Source of the DNA: an uncultured Gammaproteobacteria bacterium
GTDB taxonomy: Bacteria; Patescibacteriota; Microgenomatia; Levybacterales; UBA12049
DNA length: 12,484 nt
Direction: 5' to 3'
Assembly: GCA_964372855.1 (NCBI GenBank)
Contig: CAYJRY010000039.1
Coordinates: forward strand, 1 to 12,484
The stretch's first letter is position 1; every line of letters begins with the position of its first letter. Below the pieces are notes generated by a model that saw only the letters and a list, made by a program, of their open reading frames with translations, did not search any database and was not told the origin of the DNA. Below are positions 10,079 to 12,484 of the stretch, in pieces. Both the position numbers and the translations under genes were made by a program.

Positions 10079-12484
10079 ATGGCTAAAGTTTCTGCTCTTA
10101 ATCCTTTCCAGATTGAAGCGGTTCGATACGCTGATGGACCGCTTCTTATAATTGCCGGTGCAGGAACTGGTAAAACAACTGTAATAACAGAGAGAATAAA
10201 GTATCTTATATTTAAAAAAAATATTTCTCCCTCTCAAATCTTAGCTCTCACATTTACAGAAAAGGCCTCTCGTGTAATGGAAGAAAGAGTAGATTTGGAA
10301 ATGCCATATGGCTATACGCAGATGTGGATTTCTACATTTCACTCTTTTTGCGATAGAATCCTTCGGCAGGAGGCAGTCCATATCGGGCTTAATCCATCCT
10401 ATAAATTAATGACCCAATCAGAATCAATACTTTTCCTAAGAAAGAATATTTTTAAATTCAAACTCTCCTACTTTAGACCACTTGGTAATCCCAATAAATT
10501 CTTAGAGGGAATGCTGCAGCATTTTTCAAGACTTGGAGATGAAGACGTTTCACCTGAAGAATACCTCCGGTATTCTCAGAAGTTCAAAGTTCGAAGTTCG
10601 AAGTTCAAAGCCCCAACAGATGAGATTAAGAAAATTAATGAATTGGCAATTGCCTATAAAACATATCAAGATCTAAAAAATAAAGAAGGTGTTATGGATT
10701 TTTCAGATCTTATAACTAATACGCTAAAACTTTTCAGAACTAGAAAAAATATTTTGTCTTCCTATCAAAAGCAATTCAAATACATCCTAGTTGACGAATT
10801 TCAAGACACTAATTTTGCTCAAAATCAGCTTGCTATACTTCTTGCTGGAAGTGAAAAAAATATTACTGTTGTTGGAGATGACGATCAAGCTATTTATAGG
10901 TGGCGAGGTGCGGCAATCTCGAATATGATTCAATTTAAAAAACATTACCCCAACGCACATATTATTACTTTGACGCAGAATTACCGATCCAAACAGGAGA
11001 TATTAGATTGTGCCCATAGAGTTATTCAAAATAATAATCCTGATAGGCTAGAAGCTAAGGAAAATATTAACAAAAAGCTAATCTCTCAAAGGAAACAAGA
11101 AAAAAAATTTGAGTCGACTGTACAATTTTTATATAAATCTCGTGTTGAAGATGAAGCTGAAACTGTTGTTAAAAAAATTAAAGATCTTGTTCATAAGAAT
11201 TACGAGTATAAAGATATTGCGATACTTGTACGCGCAAACGACCATGCTATACCATTCACAAAAACTTTTACAAGATATAATATACCTTATCAATTCCTAG
11301 GACCCGGAAGATTATTTAGACAGGAAGAAATAAAAGATTTAATTGCATACTTAAAAGTTCTATATAACTTTGAAGATTCCTTATCTCTCTATCGTGTTTT
11401 AGGTCTGCCAATATTTAATATAGAAGCACGAGACGTTGCAGCAATACTTAATTTTGCCAAAAGGAAAGGTCTTACTCTTTTTGAGGCTTTAGAGAAAATT
11501 GAAGATACAAGCCTTAATCCTATAACGCAGGAGAAAATAAAAAAAATAGTTGAAATGATAAAACGCCACTTAAAACGAGTTCCTATTGATAGTGCAGGAC
11601 AAGTTTTGTACTATTTTCTAGAAGATTCAGGCCTTCTTAAGAAATTCTTATCTGTTGAGTCAAATATCGAAAGCAAGAATTACCAAAATATCGCAAAATT
11701 TTTTGATAGACTAAAAACTTTTGAGGTGGAACACGAAGATTCTCGCATCTTCCCAGTAGTTGATTGGATCGAGTTGTCAATGCAAATGGGCGAGAGTCCT
11801 CTTGCTTCTGATATGGATTGGAACGAAGTTAACGCTGTTAATATTTTAACAATTCATTCAAGCAAGGGTCTTGAATTTCCAGTTGTTTTTTTAGTAAATC
11901 TTGTCAGCCAGAGATTTCCAACTAGAGAAAGACGAGAGCAAATCCCCATACCAGCTGAGCTTATAAAAGAAATATTACCAACTGGAGACTATCATTTACA
12001 GGAAGAAAGACGCTTGTTTTATGTTGGCGTAACTCGGGCAAAAGACTTGCTATTCCTAACAGCTGCGAATTATTACGGTGAAGGCAAAAGAGACAGGAAA
12101 ATTTCTCCTTTTGTATACGAAGCTCTTGGAGGGGAAGAACTTAAAAAGTTTATAGAGAAATATAAATTTGAATCAATAATTATTCAACCATCACTTTTAG
12201 AATGGAACGGAGTCTCGCTTAGCGGGACGAGTTCGCTTGCGAATGAAGCGAGACAAGCGTGGACCAAACTGAGTTCTGAGTCTTCTTCTATAACTTACAT
12301 CTCTTATTCTCAAATTCAAACGTTCACTACTTGTCCACTGCATTACAAGCTGCAGTATTTATTAAAAATACCGTATAGACCTACTCCGGCAATGAGTTTT
12401 GGATCAAGCGTCCATGCCACGCTAAAAGAATCTTACCAAAGACTCATGAGCGGACAAAAGTTAAAAACACAAGATATTATTGCG
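10079..12484 (+). CDS. UvrD/PcrA/Rep-type SF1 DNA helicase with the start of a C-terminal PD-(D/E)XK (Cas4/AddB-like) nuclease domain; 802 codons, continues beyond right edge
   Basis: Absent from the ORF track because it has no stop in the window. Translation from ATG 10079 reads MAKVSALNPFQIEAVRYADGPLLIIAGAGTGKTTVITERI (Q motif plus Walker A). Further motifs are TFTEKAS, ISTFHSFC, ILVDEFQDTN, VVGDDDQAIYRWRGA, LTQNYRS, TIHSSKGLEFPVVFL and RRLFYVGVTRAK. After a linker comes ISYSQIQTFTTCPLHYKLQYLLKIP, the usual opening motif of the fused nuclease domain. Confidence 0.9.
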   Translation, partial: MAKVSALNPFQIEAVRYADGPLLIIAGAGTGKTTVITERIKYLIFKKNISPSQILALTFTEKASRVMEERVDLEMPYGYTQMWISTFHSFCDRILRQEAVHIGLNPSYKLMTQSESILFLRKNIFKFKLSYFRPLGNPNKFLEGMLQHFSRLGDEDVSPEEYLRYSQKFKVRSSKFKAPTDEIKKINELAIAYKTYQDLKNKEGVMDFSDLITNTLKLFRTRKNILSSYQKQFKYILVDEFQDTNFAQNQLAILLAGSEKNITVVGDDDQAIYRWRGAAISNMIQFKKHYPNAHIITLTQNYRSKQEILDCAHRVIQNNNPDRLEAKENINKKLISQRKQEKKFESTVQFLYKSRVEDEAETVVKKIKDLVHKNYEYKDIAILVRANDHAIPFTKTFTRYNIPYQFLGPGRLFRQEEIKDLIAYLKVLYNFEDSLSLYRVLGLPIFNIEARDVAAILNFAKRKGLTLFEALEKIEDTSLNPITQEKIKKIVEMIKRHLKRVPIDSAGQVLYYFLEDSGLLKKFLSVESNIESKNYQNIAKFFDRLKTFEVEHEDSRIFPVVDWIELSMQMGESPLASDMDWNEVNAVNILTIHSSKGLEFPVVFLVNLVSQRFPTRERREQIPIPAELIKEILPTGDYHLQEERRLFYVGVTRAKDLLFLTAANYYGEGKRDRKISPFVYEALGGEELKKFIEKYKFESIIIQPSLLEWNGVSLSGTSSLANEARQAWTKLSSESSSITYISYSQIQTFTTCPLHYKLQYLLKIPYRPTPAMSFGSSVHATLKESYQRLMSGQKLKTQDIIA
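10579..10610. repeat. Heptanucleotide tandem array GAAGTTC-AAAGTTC-GAAGTTC-GAAGTTC-AAAG inside the helicase CDS
   Basis: Read directly: tctcaGAAGTTCAAAGTTCGAAGTTCGAAGTTCAAAGcccc. It is translated as QKFKVRSSKFKA. The unit differs from the tsaD array unit (GAATTTC) at one position. Confidence 0.9.
12212..12259. repeat. GC-rich nested inverted repeat inside the helicase-nuclease linker (GTCTCGCTT ... AAGCGAGAC, with inner CGCTT/AAGCG pairs)
   Basis: Read directly: a 9-bp stem at 12212-12220 / 12246-12254. CGCTT occurs at 12216 and 12234, and AAGCG at 12246 and 12255. An inner AGCGGG-acgag-TTCGCT hairpin forms with two G:U pairs. The segment is about 60 percent G+C by hand count in a background near one-third. 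It uses rare CG-containing codons (tcg, gcg, acg, ggg). Confidence 0.75.

Noticed and set aside
10115-10145. 8-bp GC-rich inverted repeat GAAGCGGT ... ACCGCTTC near the 5-prime end of the helicase mRNA
   Set aside because: It encodes the conserved IEAVRYADGPLL segment of the Q-motif region, so coding constraint can explain the sequence. The stem is short with a 15-nt loop. The GGTTCGAT inside it is not part of any tRNA-like cloverleaf.
10019-10237. 72-aa minus-strand ORF spanning the cupredoxin end and the helicase start
   Set aside because: It overlaps the Walker-A region of the helicase on the opposite strand. The helicase reading frame is unambiguous.
11109-11300. 63-aa plus-strand ORF in an alternative frame of the helicase
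   Set aside because: It is an out-of-frame overlap with a continuous 802-codon helicase ORF, and the peptide is low complexity and Leu/Lys/Ile-rich.
8618-12484. RmuC (nuclease-fold) next to a helicase-nuclease fusion considered as a candidate defence system
   Set aside because: - Both are common housekeeping recombination/repair genes.
- They are separated by an unrelated exported protein and appear to have separate promoters.
- No methyltransferase, ATPase/effector pair or other defence hallmark is present.
1-12484. Alternative genetic code (UGA recoding, as in some candidate phyla)
   Set aside because: TGA terminates well-supported genes at their expected lengths (rmuC at 9638-9640 and the nucleotidyltransferase at 6479-6481). 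No conserved gene is interrupted by in-frame TGA, so the standard bacterial code fits.

Overview
This is an AT-rich, gene-dense bacterial window (about one-third G+C by eye). It uses the standard code: TAA, TAG and TGA all close well-supported genes. The gene content includes archaeal-type CoA enzymes, a membrane-anchored solute-binding protein and a helicase-nuclease fusion, with many very short intergenic gaps. This suggests a reduced-genome Patescibacteria/CPR-like organism, which is inference only.

Gene order, left to right:
- truncated ANL-type adenylating enzyme (-)
- greA (-)
- fusion of an archaeal/eukaryotic-type phosphopantetheine adenylyltransferase with a DUF359-type dephospho-CoA kinase domain (-)
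- REP-associated tyrosine transposase (RAYT) bracketed by two near-identical palindromic hairpin repeats (-)
- small 4-TM protein (-)
- orphan family-1 solute-binding protein (-)
- VanW-domain protein (+)
- translationally coupled trio of RfaE-II-like nucleotidyltransferase, DUF192 and tsaD (+)
- plsY (-)
- rmuC (+)
- Cys-less cupredoxin-like protein (+)
- UvrD/PcrA-type helicase with the start of a C-terminal PD-(D/E)XK nuclease domain, running off the right edge (+)

I see no rRNA, tRNA or CRISPR, and no recognisable defence, toxin or secondary-metabolite system. I do not claim a novel multi-gene system here.

Observations that ordinary annotation does not explain:
1. Nearly identical heptanucleotide tandem arrays, (TTCGAAT)n and (TTCGAAG/TTCAAAG)n, sit in frame inside two unrelated conserved genes (tsaD and the helicase).
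2. The two RAYT-flanking hairpins differ by a compensatory base-pair change. The upstream one supplies a consensus -35 for the RAYT gene.
3. A GC-rich nested inverted repeat lies in frame in the helicase-nuclease linker, and a perfect 20-bp palindrome lies inside the CoA fusion gene.
4. -10 or extended -10 hexamers recur 6-7 nt before ATG, implying leaderless mRNAs for at least five genes.
5. A strong promoter plus a hairpin/U-tract leader lies in front of greA.
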